DNA of 64,000 nt, taken from positions 12,183,356-12,247,355 of the forward strand of contig NC_057754.1 of NCBI RefSeq assembly GCF_004010195.1, given 5' to 3'. Of this stretch, positions 21,534 through 34,289 are shown piece after piece (the stretch's first letter is position 1; each line of letters starts with the position of its first letter). Both the position numbers and the translations under genes were made by a program. Source of the stretch: Chiloscyllium plagiosum. Its lineage: Eukaryota. Below the pieces are notes generated by a model, which saw only the letters and a list, made by a program, of their open reading frames with translations, did not search any database and was not told the DNA's origin.

Positions 21534-22577
21534 ATGTCCAAACGCCACCGCAGTCACACTGGGGAGAGACAGTGGAAATGTGGGGATTGTGGGAAGGGAT
21601 TTCTTTACCCGTCCCAGCTGGAAATGCACCAGCGAGTTCACACTGGGGAGAAGCCATTCACCTGCTCTGTGTGTGGGAAAGGGTTCACTCAGTCATCCAA
21701 CCTGCAGATACACCAGCGAGTTCACACTGGGGAGAAGCCATTCACCTGCTCTGTGTGTGGGAAAGGATTTATGTTGACTTCTCACCTGCTTAAACATCAG
21801 CGAGTTCACACTGCGGAGAAGCCATTCACCTGCTCTGTGTGTGGGAAAGGATTTATGCTGACTTCTTACCTGCTCAAACATCAGCGAGTTCACACTGGGG
21901 AGAAGCCATTCACCTGCTCTGTGTGTGGGAAAAGATTCAGTCAGTCATCAAACCTGCAGGTACACCAACGACTTCACACTGCAGAGAGACCTTTCACCTG
22001 CTCTGTGTGTGGGAAAGGATTCATGCTGACTTCTTACCTGTTCAAACATCAGCGAGTTCATACTGCAGAGAGACTGTTCACCTGCTCTGTGTGTGGGAAA
22101 GGATTCAGTCAGTCGTCCTACCTGCTAAAACATCAACGAGTTCACACTGGGGAGAGACCGTTCACCTGTTCTGTTTGTGGGAAAGGATTCGGTCAATCAT
22201 TCTACCTACTAGAACACCAGCAAGTTCACACTGGGAAGAGAACATTCTACTGTTCTGTGTGTGGGAAAGGATTCACTCGCTCATCTAAACTATTGGTACA
22301 CCAACGAGTTCACACTGGGGAAAAGCCATTCACCTGTTCCGAGTGTGGGAAGGGATTTACTGAATCATCTAACCTGCTGAGGCACCAGCGAGTTCACAGT
22401 GGGGAGAAGCCATTCACCTGTTCCGAGTGTGGGAAAGCATTCACTCAGAGAATGCAGCTGCTGATACACCAGCGAGTTCACACTGGGGAGAGACCATTCA
22501 CTTGCTCTGTGTGTGGGAAGGGATTCACTCAGTCATGCAACCTGCTGAGACACCAGCAGGTTCACCAAAAACCATAA
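21534..22577 (+). CDS. C2H2 (Kruppel-type) zinc-finger protein, 12 tandem fingers, no effector domain visible
   Basis: Open frame 21447-22577 with 12 intact CxxC-x12-HxxxH fingers, most joined by TGEKPF-type linkers. First in-frame ATG at 21534. Splice acceptor at 21372 after a long CT tract; in-frame TGA at 21426. Confidence 0.9.
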   Translation: MSKRHRSHTGERQWKCGDCGKGFLYPSQLEMHQRVHTGEKPFTCSVCGKGFTQSSNLQIHQRVHTGEKPFTCSVCGKGFMLTSHLLKHQRVHTAEKPFTCSVCGKGFMLTSYLLKHQRVHTGEKPFTCSVCGKRFSQSSNLQVHQRLHTAERPFTCSVCGKGFMLTSYLFKHQRVHTAERLFTCSVCGKGFSQSSYLLKHQRVHTGERPFTCSVCGKGFGQSFYLLEHQQVHTGKRTFYCSVCGKGFTRSSKLLVHQRVHTGEKPFTCSECGKGFTESSNLLRHQRVHSGEKPFTCSECGKAFTQRMQLLIHQRVHTGERPFTCSVCGKGFTQSCNLLRHQQVHQKP

Positions 22578-22833
22578 TTGAACGGTTTTGCTCTTACTCA
22601 CATCAAGGAATGAACTGAAATCTTTGGGCTGTTTGTACTCATGTTCATCCCTGCACAAAATTTTCCCTTCTCTTGGAAATTAAGGCCAGACGTTTGACAG
22701 AGTTGTCAGTGGGTGAATACTTTGGGGCCAGTGATCATAATTCTATTAGTTTTAAACAGTTGTAGAAAAGGATAGACCTCATCTAAAAGTTAAAATTCTA
22801 AATTGGGGTAAGGTCAATTTTGACACAGTCATT

Positions 22834-23179
22834 GGGCGGCACAGTGGCTCAGTGGTTAGCATGCTGCTTACAGTGCCAGGGACCTGGGTTTGATTCCAGC
22901 CTCTGGCGACTTTCTGCGTGGAGTTTGCACATTCACCCGTGTCTGTATGGGTTTCCTCCAGGTGCCCCGGTTTCCTCCCATAATCCAAAGATGTGCTGGT
23001 TAGGTGAATTGGCCATGCTAAATTGCCAATAGTGTGCAGGGATGTGTAGGTTAGGTGCATTAGTCAAGGGTGAAAGTAGAGTAATAGGTGAATGGGTTTG
23101 GGTGGGCTACTCCTCAGAAGTTAGTGTGGACTTGTTGGGCTGAAGGGCCTGCTTCCACACTGTAGGGATTCTATGATTC
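22834..23179 (+). mobile_element. HE1-type SINE
   Basis: GGGCGGCACAGTGGCTCAGTGGTTAGCA A-box, B-box-like TTTGATTCC, and CCACACTGTAGGGATTCTATGATTC tail. Confidence 0.9.
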
Positions 23180-24091
23180 CAAACCTGTTAAAAATCAGCA
23201 AGGCTGCTTAGAAGTGGAAATGCAGGAAATGGCTGAGATGCTAAACAGGTATTTCACATCTGTACTTACGGTGGGGAAAAAAATATGGGAGCTAAAAAAC
23301 TTGGGAGAAAAAATATGGGAGAAATAAATAGCGATAACTTTAAAAATGGCCATATTGCAGAGGAGCAGGTGATGGATGCCTTAAAAAGCATAAAGGTGGA
23401 TAAATCACCAGGGCCTGTATCGTAGAACTTTGGGTAAGCTAGGGAAGTCATTGCTGGGTCCCTTGCTGAGATATTTATCCCATTGATAGCCAGCAGTGAG
23501 GTGCTAGAAAATTGAAGGTTAGCATTGTTTAAGAAATGTGGTGAGGAAAAGGCAAGGAACTATAGACCGGTGATCTTGACGTCAGTTATAGGTATTTTGT
23601 TGGAGGGGATTCTGAGGGACAGGATTTACAACTGAATTTGAAAACTGATGAGGACCGATTTAGGGATAGTCAACATTGATTTGAATGTGAGAGTTTGCAC
23701 CTCATGAACTTTATTGAGTTGTTTGAAGAAATGACAAATAAAATTGACTGCAGAGTGGTGGATGTTATCTGTATGGATTTCAGTAAGGTTTTTGATCAGT
23801 TTCCACATGATTAGCAAGGTTAGATCACATGGAATTCAGGGAGAGTTATCCATTGAGATACAAAAAGTAAGAGACAGGTTAACGAATTGGTCACAGGTCT
23901 GTTTTTCAGCTAGAGACCTGTGACCAATGGTGTGCCACAAGGATCGGTGCTGAGTCCACTGCTTTTTGTCATTTTATATAAATGATTTAAACATTGGAGG
24001 AATGGTTTCTCAGTTTGCAGATAGTAGACAGTGAGGAAGGTTATCTCTGAATAGAATGGGACCTTAATAAAATAGGCCAGGGAGTGGCAGA

Positions 24092-24401
24092 TTAAGATTA
24101 CATTACAGTGTGGAAACAGGCCCTTCGGCCCAACAAGTCCACACCGACCCACCGAAGCGCAACCCACCCATACCCCTACATTTACCCCTATACCTAACAC
24201 TACGGGCAATTTAGCATGGCCAATTCACCTGACCTGCACATCTTTGGACTGTGGGAGGAACCCAGAGCACCCGGAGGAAACCCACGCAGACAATGGGAGA
24301 ACGTGCAAACTCCACACAGTCAGTCGCCTGAGGCGGGAATTGAACCCGGGTCTCTGGCGCTGTAAGGGAACAGTGCTAACCACTGTGCCACCATGCCGCC
24401 C
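24092..24401 (-). mobile_element. HE1-type SINE (young)
   Basis: Closely similar to 59780-60100; GGTTCAATTCC B-box. Confidence 0.9.
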
Positions 24402-24767
24402 ACAAAGTTTAATTAAGATAAATGTGAGGTGCTGCATTTTGGAAAGACCAATCAGAGCAGGACTTCTACACTTAATGGTAGGCTCCTGCAGAGTGTTGCT
24501 GAATAAAGAGACTATGGGGAACTCATAATTCTTCCAAGGTGGAGTCGCAGAGGTCTATGGAATGAACTGCCAGAGGAAGTGGTGGAGGCTGGTACAATTA
24601 CAACATTTTAAAAGGCATCTGAGTGGGTATATGAATAAGAAGGGTTTAGAGGGATATGGGCCAAGTGCTGTCAAATGGGATTCTATTGATTTAGGACATC
24701 TGGTCAGTATGGACTAGTTTGACAGAAGGGTCTGTTTCCGTGCTGTATGTCTCTGAGAGTATTATAG

Positions 24768-27500
24768 ATAACATAGAGTCATAGAAATGTACAGCACAGA
24801 AACAGACCCTTCAGTCCAACTTGACCATGCTAACCAGATATCCGAGATAAATCCAGTCCCATTTGCCAGCTGTACACATACAACTCTCTGTGTGAAAAAG
24901 GTGCCCCTTAGGTTCCTTTTAAATCTTTCCTCTTTCACTTTAAACCTGTGCTCTATACCTTTTGGATTTTCCCACCCAAGGGAAAAGACCTTGTCTATTC
25001 ACCCTCTCCATGTCCCTTATGATTTTATAAACCTCTATACAGTCACCCCTCACCCTCTGATGCTCCAGGGCAAACAGCCCCAGCCTATCCAGCTCCTCCT
25101 ATAGCTCAAATCTTCCAACCCTGGCAACACACTTGTAAAACTTTTCTGAACCCTTTCAAATTTCACAACATCCTTCCTATACGAGGGAGACCAGAATTGC
25201 GCACAATATTCCAAAAGTGGCCTAACCAAAGTCCTGTACAGCCGCAACATGACCCGCCAACTCCTATAATAACACAGTAACCAATAAAGGCAAGCATACC
25301 AAACAGCTTCACTATCCTCCTTACCTTCCACTTTCAAGGAACTTTGAATCTGCACTCAAAGGTCTCTTTGTTCAGCAACACTCCCCATGACCTTACTGTT
25401 AAGTGTGTAAGCCCTGATTTGTCTTTCCAAAATGCAATATCTAAATCAAACTCCATCTGCCACCCATTGGCCCATCTGATCAAGATCCCATTGTACTCTA
25501 AAGTAATCATTTTCACTGTCCACTTTAGCTCCAATTTTGGTGTCATCTGTAACTTACTAACCATAACTCCGGTGTTCACATCCAAGTATATAAAATAATG
25601 AAAACCAGTGGACCCAGCACCGATCCTTGTGGCACTTCACTGGTCACAGGCCTCTAGCCTGAAAAGCAGCCCTCCACCACCACCCTCTGCTTTCTACCTT
25701 TGAACCAGTTCTGTATCCAAATGGCTAGTTCTCCCTGTATTCCATGTAACCTTGCTAACCAGCCTCCCATGAGGAACCTTGACGAATGCCTTACTGCAGT
25801 CCTTTTGAGATGATGTTTACTGCTCTGCCTGCATCAATCCTCTGCGTTACGTTTTGAGAAAAAAAATTAATCAAGTTAGTGAGACATGATTTGCAACGTG
25901 CAAAGCCATGTTGACTGATCCTAATCAGTCTTGCCTTTCCAAATACATGTAAATCCTGTCCCATAGGTTTTCCTCCAACAACTTGCCCACCACCAATGTC
26001 AGGCTCACCAGTCCATAGTTCCCTGGCTTTTCCTTAAATAGTGGCACCATGTTAGCTAACCTTAAGTCTTTTGGCACCTCATCTGGGACTATCAATGATA
26101 CAAATATCTCAGCAAGGGGTCCTCCAATCAGTTCCCTAACCTCTCATAGTTCTAGGGTACACCTGGGAATTTATCCACCTTTATGCATTGTAAGACGTCC
26201 AGCACCATCACCTCAGTAATTCCGATGTTTTTCCGTATTTTGCTATTTCTTTACTTTTTTTTATCTTCCATGTTCTTCTCCCCAGTAAGCACTGATGTTT
26301 AGTATCTCCCCCATCTCCTGTGATTCCACACATAGGCAGCCTTACTGATCTTTGAGGGGTCCTATTCTCTTCCTAGTTCCCCTTTTGTCTTTAATGTCTT
26401 TATAAAATCCAGTTGGATTCTCTTTAATCCTATTTACAAAAATTATCTCTTGTCCCAATTTTGCACTTGTGATTTCCCTTTTAAGTATACTCCCACAGCC
26501 TTTATACTCTTCTAAAATTCACTGGATCCCTGTTGTATATACCTGACATATGCTTCCTTCATTATAGAGTCATAGAGATGTACAGCATAGAAACAGACCC
26601 TTCGGTCCAACCAAACCGCGATTTCGTTAGTCCCAGCATTCCCTGCACCTACCAACCTTGCCTTTCACCCTAAGAGGAACACATTGTCTTTGGACTCTCA
26701 TTATTCACATTTTCCAGCCATCACTTTACCAGCAAATATCCACATCTAACCAATTTTTGGAAATTCTTGCCTAGTACCATCAAAATAGGCCTTCCTCCAA
26801 TTTTGAATTTTAACCTTTAGATCTGGTATATCCTTCTCCATCACTATTTTAAAACTAATAGAATTGTGGGCACCTTACCAAAGTGCCCCCCCACTGACAC
26901 CTCAGTCACCTGCCCTGCCTTAGTTCCCACAAGTAGGTCAAGTTTTGCACCTTCTTTCGTTGGTACATCCATATATTGAATCAGAAAATTTTCTTGTACA
27001 CTTAACAAATTCCTCCCCATCTCAACCTTAACACAATGGCAGACCCAGTCTGCGTTTGGAAAGTTAAAATCCCCTACCATAACCACCCTATCGTCCTTAC
27101 AGATAATGGCGATCTCCTTTACAAATTTGTTTCTCAATTTTCCGTTGACTATTATATGGTGTTTAGCACAATCCTAATAAAGTGATCATCCATTTCTTAT
27201 TTCTTGGTTTCACCCAGTTTTTATGAATATCACTCTGAAGTCCAGCCGTAATGTTAACAGTAATCAAAATGTTACTCCCCCTCCTCTTTTCTCCCCCCCC
27301 CCCCCCCCTCACCCTTTTATCCTTCCTATAGCATCTATAATCTGGAACATTAAGCTGTCAGCCCTGTCTCTGAGCAACATCTCTGTCATTTCTGTGATAT
27401 CCCAGTCCCATGTTCCCAACCATGTCCGGAGTTCATCTGCCTTACTTGTTGAGCTCTTGCATTGAAATAAATGCAGTTTAATTGGTCAGTCCTACCTCGT
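24768..27500 (-). mobile_element. CR1 ORF2 (EN-RT) with internal deletions
   Basis: VMVGDFNFPNADW and LYRTLVRPLLEYCAQFWSP; tail at 24773; a second short tail at about 26565. Confidence 0.85.
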
Positions 27501-27939
27501 CAATGCTAATAATAATTGTGTATCTGTAGGGTAAGTATTGGAAATGATCACATTATTGCTGTATATCAACATGTTCACATTGCGTAAATACTATCCACCT
27601 GCATAGTGTTTGGAAAGGGATTTTCTGGTTCCTCAGGACTGATAAACCACCAGTCAGTTCCCAAGAATCAGTAGGAATTGTTTTTCTGATGCTCTTATTA
27701 ATCTGTATCTAAGGCATGTTATTTGGCCTGTTTCTGATGATGTCTGTAAAAACCACATGTCTGGCTACCCACTGGGATGGAAAATCATATAAATCAGCTT
27801 TCTGTTAAAGCTGTGCACATCAAATCTTTATCTTATCTGTAAAGTAGACTGATTTATTTTGAAAGATTTTCCATCTCTCCTATCTCCTCCAAGCTTCCCT
27901 CCAACAAGTGTGAGGAACCCGTGTAGTTGATTTGTCACA

Positions 27940-29160
27940 CTGAATGAAACAATCCGTACGTTTCACATGATCAGTTGGGAGCAGGAACATCCCATAATGC
28001 TGGACATTTTGTGCGCCATTGGGATTGTGTGCATGGGGAAGAAGTCTTTTTCTGCTTGTGCGCAGTTTGTTCACGGTGCACGGAGTTGCACCTGAACCTG
28101 AACCAGAATGGAAGCTGCATCCTGGTGGGGGTAGCTTTCAAGTGTTTTTGGGGGCCGTGTAAGTAACTTTGCAGTGGGTAGAGAATGTTCCAAATGGCAT
28201 GAAGGGCCAAAAAGTGAATAAAAAAGTCAGTAAGGCATTGTCACAGGCACACAAGGTATGAGAGAGTTTGTCACAGGTGGACGGTATTTCTTTTAATGCT
28301 TGGGAGCCTGATGAAGAAGGCAGATAAGTTGAGGATAAGAATTAAAATAAGGGGTTGTGAAGACACTGCTGTCACTTAGACATATTTAGCAGCTTAATAT
28401 TCCAGGATACAGGGTCTTAATGCTAGACAATCTATTACAGCTATAAGGAGGCATGACATCTTAAAAACTCCTCAAATAAACTGTATGGGTAGAACGATAA
28501 GAGCAGGAAATGATGTAAATTTCAGGGAAGTGTAAACGTAATTGAGTTGTGATAGCTAGGGCTTTCGATTTCCCCGACATTAACTGTAGTTGTCATAGGG
28601 TGAAAGATTATCACAATTTTTAACGTAGATTTGGGACAGCTTTTGAATCCTGTATATAATAGTCCCAACAAGGAAGTGAGAAGGTCCTGGAATTGCTTTT
28701 AGATAACAAAGCTGGGCAAATGGTTGAAGTGTCAGTGAGGGAACATTTTGCAGACAGTTATTATAACACTTTTCTGTTCAGGATTGTAATGGAAACTGTC
28801 AAGAATAGGACTAGGCTCCTAAACTCGTGTTGCAAATTATGAAGAAAGAAAATGGGTTCTTGGCCTGAGTTGCCAGGTGTTGGAGTTTAAACATTGGGGG
28901 AATCTTGTAAGAACTGTACAGAATGTTGGTGAAGCCATTCCTGATGTATCATATATCATGTTGTCCTGGTATTTAAGAAACAGATATGTTGGCATTGAAT
29001 GCAGTGCAAAAGAGATTCGTTAAGCTGTTAGTTGGGATGAAGAGTTTGGCCTATCAACAGTAGCTGGAGGAAGGGGATTTACTGAGAGGGATTACCAAAT
29101 CATTAAACAGACTGGACCCAGTGTGGAGCTCTCAACCACAACCCTGCACTTTAGTAGTGT
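27940..29160 (+). mobile_element. Highly degenerate CR1
   Basis: Esterase remnant ELHLN..G, EN and RT C-terminal remnants. Confidence 0.5.
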
Positions 29161-29167
29161 ATAAAAA

Positions 29168-30455
29168 ATAAAGAACAAAGAAAATTTACTACCCAGGAAC
29201 ACACCGTTCAGCCATCCAAGCCTGAGCTGATCCAAATCCATGTCCAGACCTGTTGCTCAATTCCTAAACATCTATATCCCTCTGCTCTCAACCTACTCAT
29301 GCATCTGTCCAGACGCATATTAAATGAATCTACCGTGCCTGCCTCTACTACCTCTGCTGGCAACGCATTCCAGGCAGCAACCACACTTAAACTTTTCACC
29401 TGTCATCTTGAAAGCGTGACCTCATTATTGAATCCTTCAGCCTGGGAAAAAGCTTATCTCTATCTACCCTGTCTATACACTTCATGATTTTGTACACCTC
29501 AATCAGGTCCTCCCTTAATCTCCTTTTTCCTAATGAACACAAACCTAACCTATTCAACTTCTCCATAGTTAGCACCTTGCATACCAGGCAATATCCTCGT
29601 AAACCTTCTCTGCATCCTCTCCAAAGCATCCATGTCCTTTTGGTAATGTGGCCACCAGAACTGTACACAGTATTCTAAATGTGGCCGAACCAATGTGTAT
29701 AATTTTAACATGACCTGGCAGCTCTTATACTCAATACCCCATCCACTGAAGGTAAGCGTACCATATGCCTTCTTGACCACTCTATCCACCTGTGCAGCAA
29801 CATTCAGGGTACAATGGACCTGAACTCCCAGATCTGTTTGCTCATCAACTTTTCTCAAGGCTCTTCCATTTACTGTATAATGTGCTCCAGAATTAGACTT
29901 CCCAAAATGCATCACCTCACATTTGCCTAGATTGAACTCTGCCACTTCTCCACCCAACTCTCCAGTCTATCTATATTCTCCGGTATTATTTGACAGTTCC
30001 TTATGCTTTCTGCTACTGCATCAACCGTCGTGTCATCTGCAAATTTGCTGATCATACCAACAGTGCCCTCTTCCAGATCATTTATGTATATCACAAACAA
30101 CAGTGGCCCCAGCACTGATCCCACTGGTCACCTTTGTCCATTTCAAGAAACTCACTTCAACTACTACTACTCTCTGTCTCCTGTTGCTCAACCAGTTATT
30201 TATCCACCTAGCTAGAACAACCTGCACACCATGTGACTTCACTATGAGGAATCTTATCAAACGCCTTACTAAAGTCCATGTTTATGACATTTACAGCCTT
30301 TCCTTCATCTATCAACTCAAAAAACTCTATGTTGGTAAGGCATGATCTTCCCTGCACAAAACCATGTTGACTACTGATCAGCCCATTCTTTTCCAAAGAT
30401 AAATAACTCCTATCCTTCAGTACCTTCTCCAACAACTTTCCCAGCACTGACGTTA
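29168..30455 (-). mobile_element. CR1 RT-3' end
   Basis: QHGFVQGRSCLTN, GSVLGPLLFVIYINDL, KFADD; AAAGAACAAAGAA tail. Confidence 0.9.
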
Positions 30456-30667
30456 GGAAGCTTTCCCAATGTTTAATTGAAGGAAATTTCTGTGCATCCT
30501 GCACTGAATGTCAAACAGGTCAGGCTGGAATGTGATTTGGAACACCATTACCACGAGAACCCTCTCCATGTAGATCTTCCACACTGGTGAAGATTGAAGG
30601 TTGGGTTATTTGGTCTAAGTTGTAGATTTGTTCTATTCCTGTATTTCTCCTTTTTTAAATTAGGCTC

Positions 30668-30968
30668 TCTACAGTATGAAAGCAGGTCCTTTAGCTCAAC
30701 AGATCCACACCAACCTTCTAAGGAGGAACCCACCCAGATCTATTCCTCCACCCTATGTTTATGCCTGACTAATGTACCTAGCACTGTGGGCAATTTAGCA
30801 TGGCCAATTCCCCTAACCTGCAGATCTTTGGACTGTGGGAGGAAATTCACATGGCCCTGAGTGGGGGGAGAAATGTGCAAACTCCACATAGTTGCCTGAG
30901 GCAAGAATTGAACCTGGGTCCCTGATGCTGTGAGGCAGCAGTGCTCATTACTGACCCACCACACTGTG
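30668..30968 (-). mobile_element. HE1-type SINE
   Basis: tRNA-like head at 30900-30968 on the minus strand and HE1 core. Confidence 0.85.
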
Positions 30969-31854
30969 CTTTCTCCCTGTTTTCTTACTTGGTCTGTCCA
31001 CTCACATAGAGGCTAGAGTTTGGTGTAGGACCAGACAAGGTAAAATGTTCCATTCCCTGATTAACATTTGGGTTTTATGACAATCCAGCAGATTCCGTGG
31101 TCACTTTCTCATTGTGCATCATAAATCCTAACAATTACCACATTGATTACCAGCTGAATTTCACAGCAGCCTGGTGTTTGTGTGGGGCTCAATCTCACTC
31201 ACATTGTCGTGTCTTCAACCAATTTCACAGGTAAACTGACACCAGTCATCATCCCAGGGTTTGATAGCCCCCCAGTTTAGCGTAATCTGAATATCACCAG
31301 ACTTTGAACATGGAAGGAGAAAGTACTGTTCATAGTGTGGAGAAACCGTACATGTGTTCTGTGTTTGCACGTGGGTTTAGACAACTATCTCGCCTGACAC
31401 AACACAAACCTTGATCATGGGAGGGAATTCACTTGGTTATCCACAGTGTTGACACACAAGCTGGTTCACACTGACTGGAGACTTTTTAATGTTCAAACTG
31501 TGGGAAGTGCTTCAAAGGTTCTGGACAACTGTCATGAAGCTGGTGTGCAAAAATGGCAAAACTGTAAAAAGAATTGAAAAGCTGTGATCCCTTTAGGAAA
31601 TTATGCTTTGTTTGTGTATGGAAGTTTGCGAGCATTAGGAATGAGTCCCAACACGTGTATCAAAAGACTTTTCATTTAGCAGGCCCAAGTTTAAATTCAG
31701 CCAATTCATTTTTTAAAAAGCGCTTTGAGATTAAGGAGCAATTAAATTCTAATCTCTTCGTGTTGACTACCTTGAACCAATCATTTTATGTGAAATTGTT
31801 TTTGCATTTTTGGTATTTAAGGAAGTGTGTTTTGAAAATCGAGACAGAGAGAGT

Positions 31855-33430
31855 CCCTCACCCCCAGAACACAGAGCCGCCCGGTCCCAGAACATAAACC
31901 CCCCACCCCTGAACACCACTCCCAGAACTCAGAGCCACCCGCTGCCTCAATACAGAGCCCCCCACCCCCACAGCCCCCAAACACAGAGCCACCATGCCAG
32001 CAAGGCATTTGATAAGGTTCCCCATGGTAGGCTCGTTCAGAAGGTCAGAAGGAATGGGATACAGGGAAATTTAGCTGTCTGGATACAGAATTGGCTGGTC
32101 GACAGAAGACAACGAGTGGTAGTGGAAGGAAATTATCCTGTCTGGAAGTCAATGGTGAGTGGTGTTTCGCAGGGCTCTGGTCTTGGGCCTCTACTCTTTG
32201 TAATTTTTATTAATGACTTGGATGAGGAGATTGAAGGATGGGTTAACAAAGTTTGCAGATGACACAAAGGTTGGAGGTGTCGTTGACAGTATAGAGGACT
32301 GTTGTAGGCGGCAGAGTGACATTGACAGGATGCAGAGATGGGCTGAGAGGTGATAGATGGAGTTCAACCTGGATAAATGAGAAGTGATGCATTTTGGAAG
32401 GTTGAACTTGAAAGTTGAGTACAGGATTCTTGGCAGTATGGAGGAAGAGTGGGATTTTGGTGTGCAGGTACATCGATCCCTTAAAATTGCTACCCAAGTG
32501 GACAGGGTTGTTAAGAAAGCATATGGTGTTTTGGCTTTCATTAACAGGGGGATTCAGTTTAAGAGCCGTGAGATCTTGTTGCAGCTCTATAAAACTTTGG
32601 TTAGACCGCACTTGGAATACTGTATCCAGTTCTGTTCACCCTATTATAGGAAAGATGTGGATGCTTTGGAGAGGGTTCAGAGGAGGTTTTCCAGGATGCT
32701 GCCTGGAATGGAGGGCTTATCTTAGGAAGAGAGGTTGACTGAGCTCGGACGCTTTTCATTGGAAAAAAGAAGGAAGAGTGGGGACCTAATTGAGGTGTAC
32801 AAGATAATGAGAGGTATAGATAGTGTTGATGGCCAGAGACTATTTCCCAGGGCAGAAATTGTTAACACGAGGGGTCATAGTTTTAAGCTGTTTGGCGGAA
32901 AGTATAGAGGAGATGTCAGAGGTGGGTTCTTTACGCAGAGAGTTGTGAGAGCATGGAATACGTTGCCAGCAGCAGTTGTGGAAGCGAGGTCATTGGGGAT
33001 ATTTAAGAGACTGCTGGACATACATATGGTCACAGAAATTTGAGGGTTCGTACATTAGGTTTACCTTACATGAGGATCAATGGTTGGCACAGCATGGTGG
33101 GTTGAAGAGCCTGTTCTGTGCTGTACTGTTCTATGTTCTATGACACACAGCGCTCTGCCCTAGGTCATAGAGCCCTTCCGGCCCCTGAACACAGAGCTCT
33201 CTGCCCCCAAACACAGCTACCCATCCCCTGAACCCATCGCGCATTGAGCACAGAGCCCCTCTCCCCCAAAACACAGAGCTCCACCCTTTGAACAGAGAGC
33301 CCCCAGAACTCCCAGCCCCGAACACAGCAACCCACCTCTGAGCACAGAGCCCCGCCCCCTGAACATAGAGCCTCATTGTCAACCTGAACACAAAGTGCCT
33401 CGCCCCCGGACACAGAGCCCCCTGCTGACT
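31855..33430 (+). repeat. C-rich minisatellite (about 20-25 bp, CCCC..AACACAGAGC) split by CR1
   Basis: Repeated ACACAGAGC/CCCCTGAAC units at 31855-31995 and 33143-33430. Confidence 0.75.
31998..33142 (+). mobile_element. 5'-truncated CR1 (RT-3' end)
   Basis: SKAFDKVPHGRL...GPLLFVIFINDL...LYKTLVRPHLEYC; TTCTATGTTCTATG tail. Confidence 0.9.
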
Positions 33431-34289
33431 GAAGGGGGAGCCAAGTTGAAGCCGCAGCAAAAGCAAGTCTGCAATCTGAGAGGAAAAAAAAATCTGGGTT
33501 TTAGACAAAAATGGTTCAATTCTCTTAAAAAAGCACATCAAAGGACTCAGTATTTGCATCTCAAGATCCTGATACAGCAATCATGGGAAGGAAAGGTTTT
33601 GTGACGTGAGATCAGCAGAAGGAAGATTGGAGATAAAGCCAAGAAGACATAGACTGCGTGAACTTGGAGAGATTAAATTTTAATTGACTGTTTTCTTATT
33701 AATTGGGTTTATATAAATGGGACTTGTGTTAATTTGAACAACTTTCATTCCAGTAGAATTTTGTTCAGTTAGGGAATATTTAGTGCTTAGGGAAAATTTG
33801 TCAGTAATTCTGTCAATTTGTTCACTGTTAGATAAATAAATTGTTAATTATAGTATGGGTGAAAGGATTCTATTTCATTTAACCACTTCTTTCTAACAGA
33901 TTGGGTGTAAGAGGTAGGTTATACCCCTTGTAACACTTCTCTATCAGATTACGAAACAAAACTATCTCTGGGTGTTTTGGTTTTAATTATTAGGGGGGAG
34001 TGGATTCCACTTTGTAGCACAACTGATGAGATATCAGCATATTCACACTGCTGACATGTGGGACTGGGTTCAGACGATCAGGCAGTATCTGAGGAGCAGG
34101 AAATTTGATGTTTTAGGCAAGAGCTGTGCTCTTCCAGCACCACTCTCGCCTCTGATAATGCCATGAGAATTAGTGGAGTTGAGAATAGTGGGGAAGGTTG
34201 TCAAACAATACATCAGGATATAGATCATGCTCACAGAACCATACCTTACAGATAATGTCCCAGAACACTACTATCACTGTCTCTCGATA

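Larger units (their letters stand above)
22670..24760 (+). mobile_element. Degenerate CR1 with two nested SINEs
   Basis: EN/RT remnants (AAGGTGGATAAATCACCAGG, GGTGTGCCACAAGGATCGGTGCTG) and CR1 tail. Confidence 0.8.
31530..34019 (+). mobile_element. Solo LTR-like element with 4-bp TSD, containing a minisatellite and a nested CR1
   Basis: TGTCATG...TGTAGCA ends, CAAC TSD at 31526-31529 and 34020-34023, AATAAA at about 33835. Confidence 0.75.
31310..34056 (+). pseudogene. C2H2 ZNF pseudogene split by an LTR
   Basis: ATG 31310 gives MEGESTVHSVEKPYMCSVFARGFRQLSRLTQHKP*. A later finger CSNCGKCFKGSGQ|LMRYQHIHTAD is split between 31529 and 34024. Confidence 0.8.

Noticed and set aside
21570..22570. 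Regular 84-bp repeats resembling a CRISPR array, and overlapping alternative-frame ORFs
   Set aside because: These are C2H2 finger coding repeats in a vertebrate. There are no unique spacers, and the other frames are shadows.
23270..23325. Triplicated AAAAATATGGGAG unit (also GATTGGATAGGTTG twice at about 45448-45481)
   Set aside because: Ordinary slippage duplications within dead CR1 copies.
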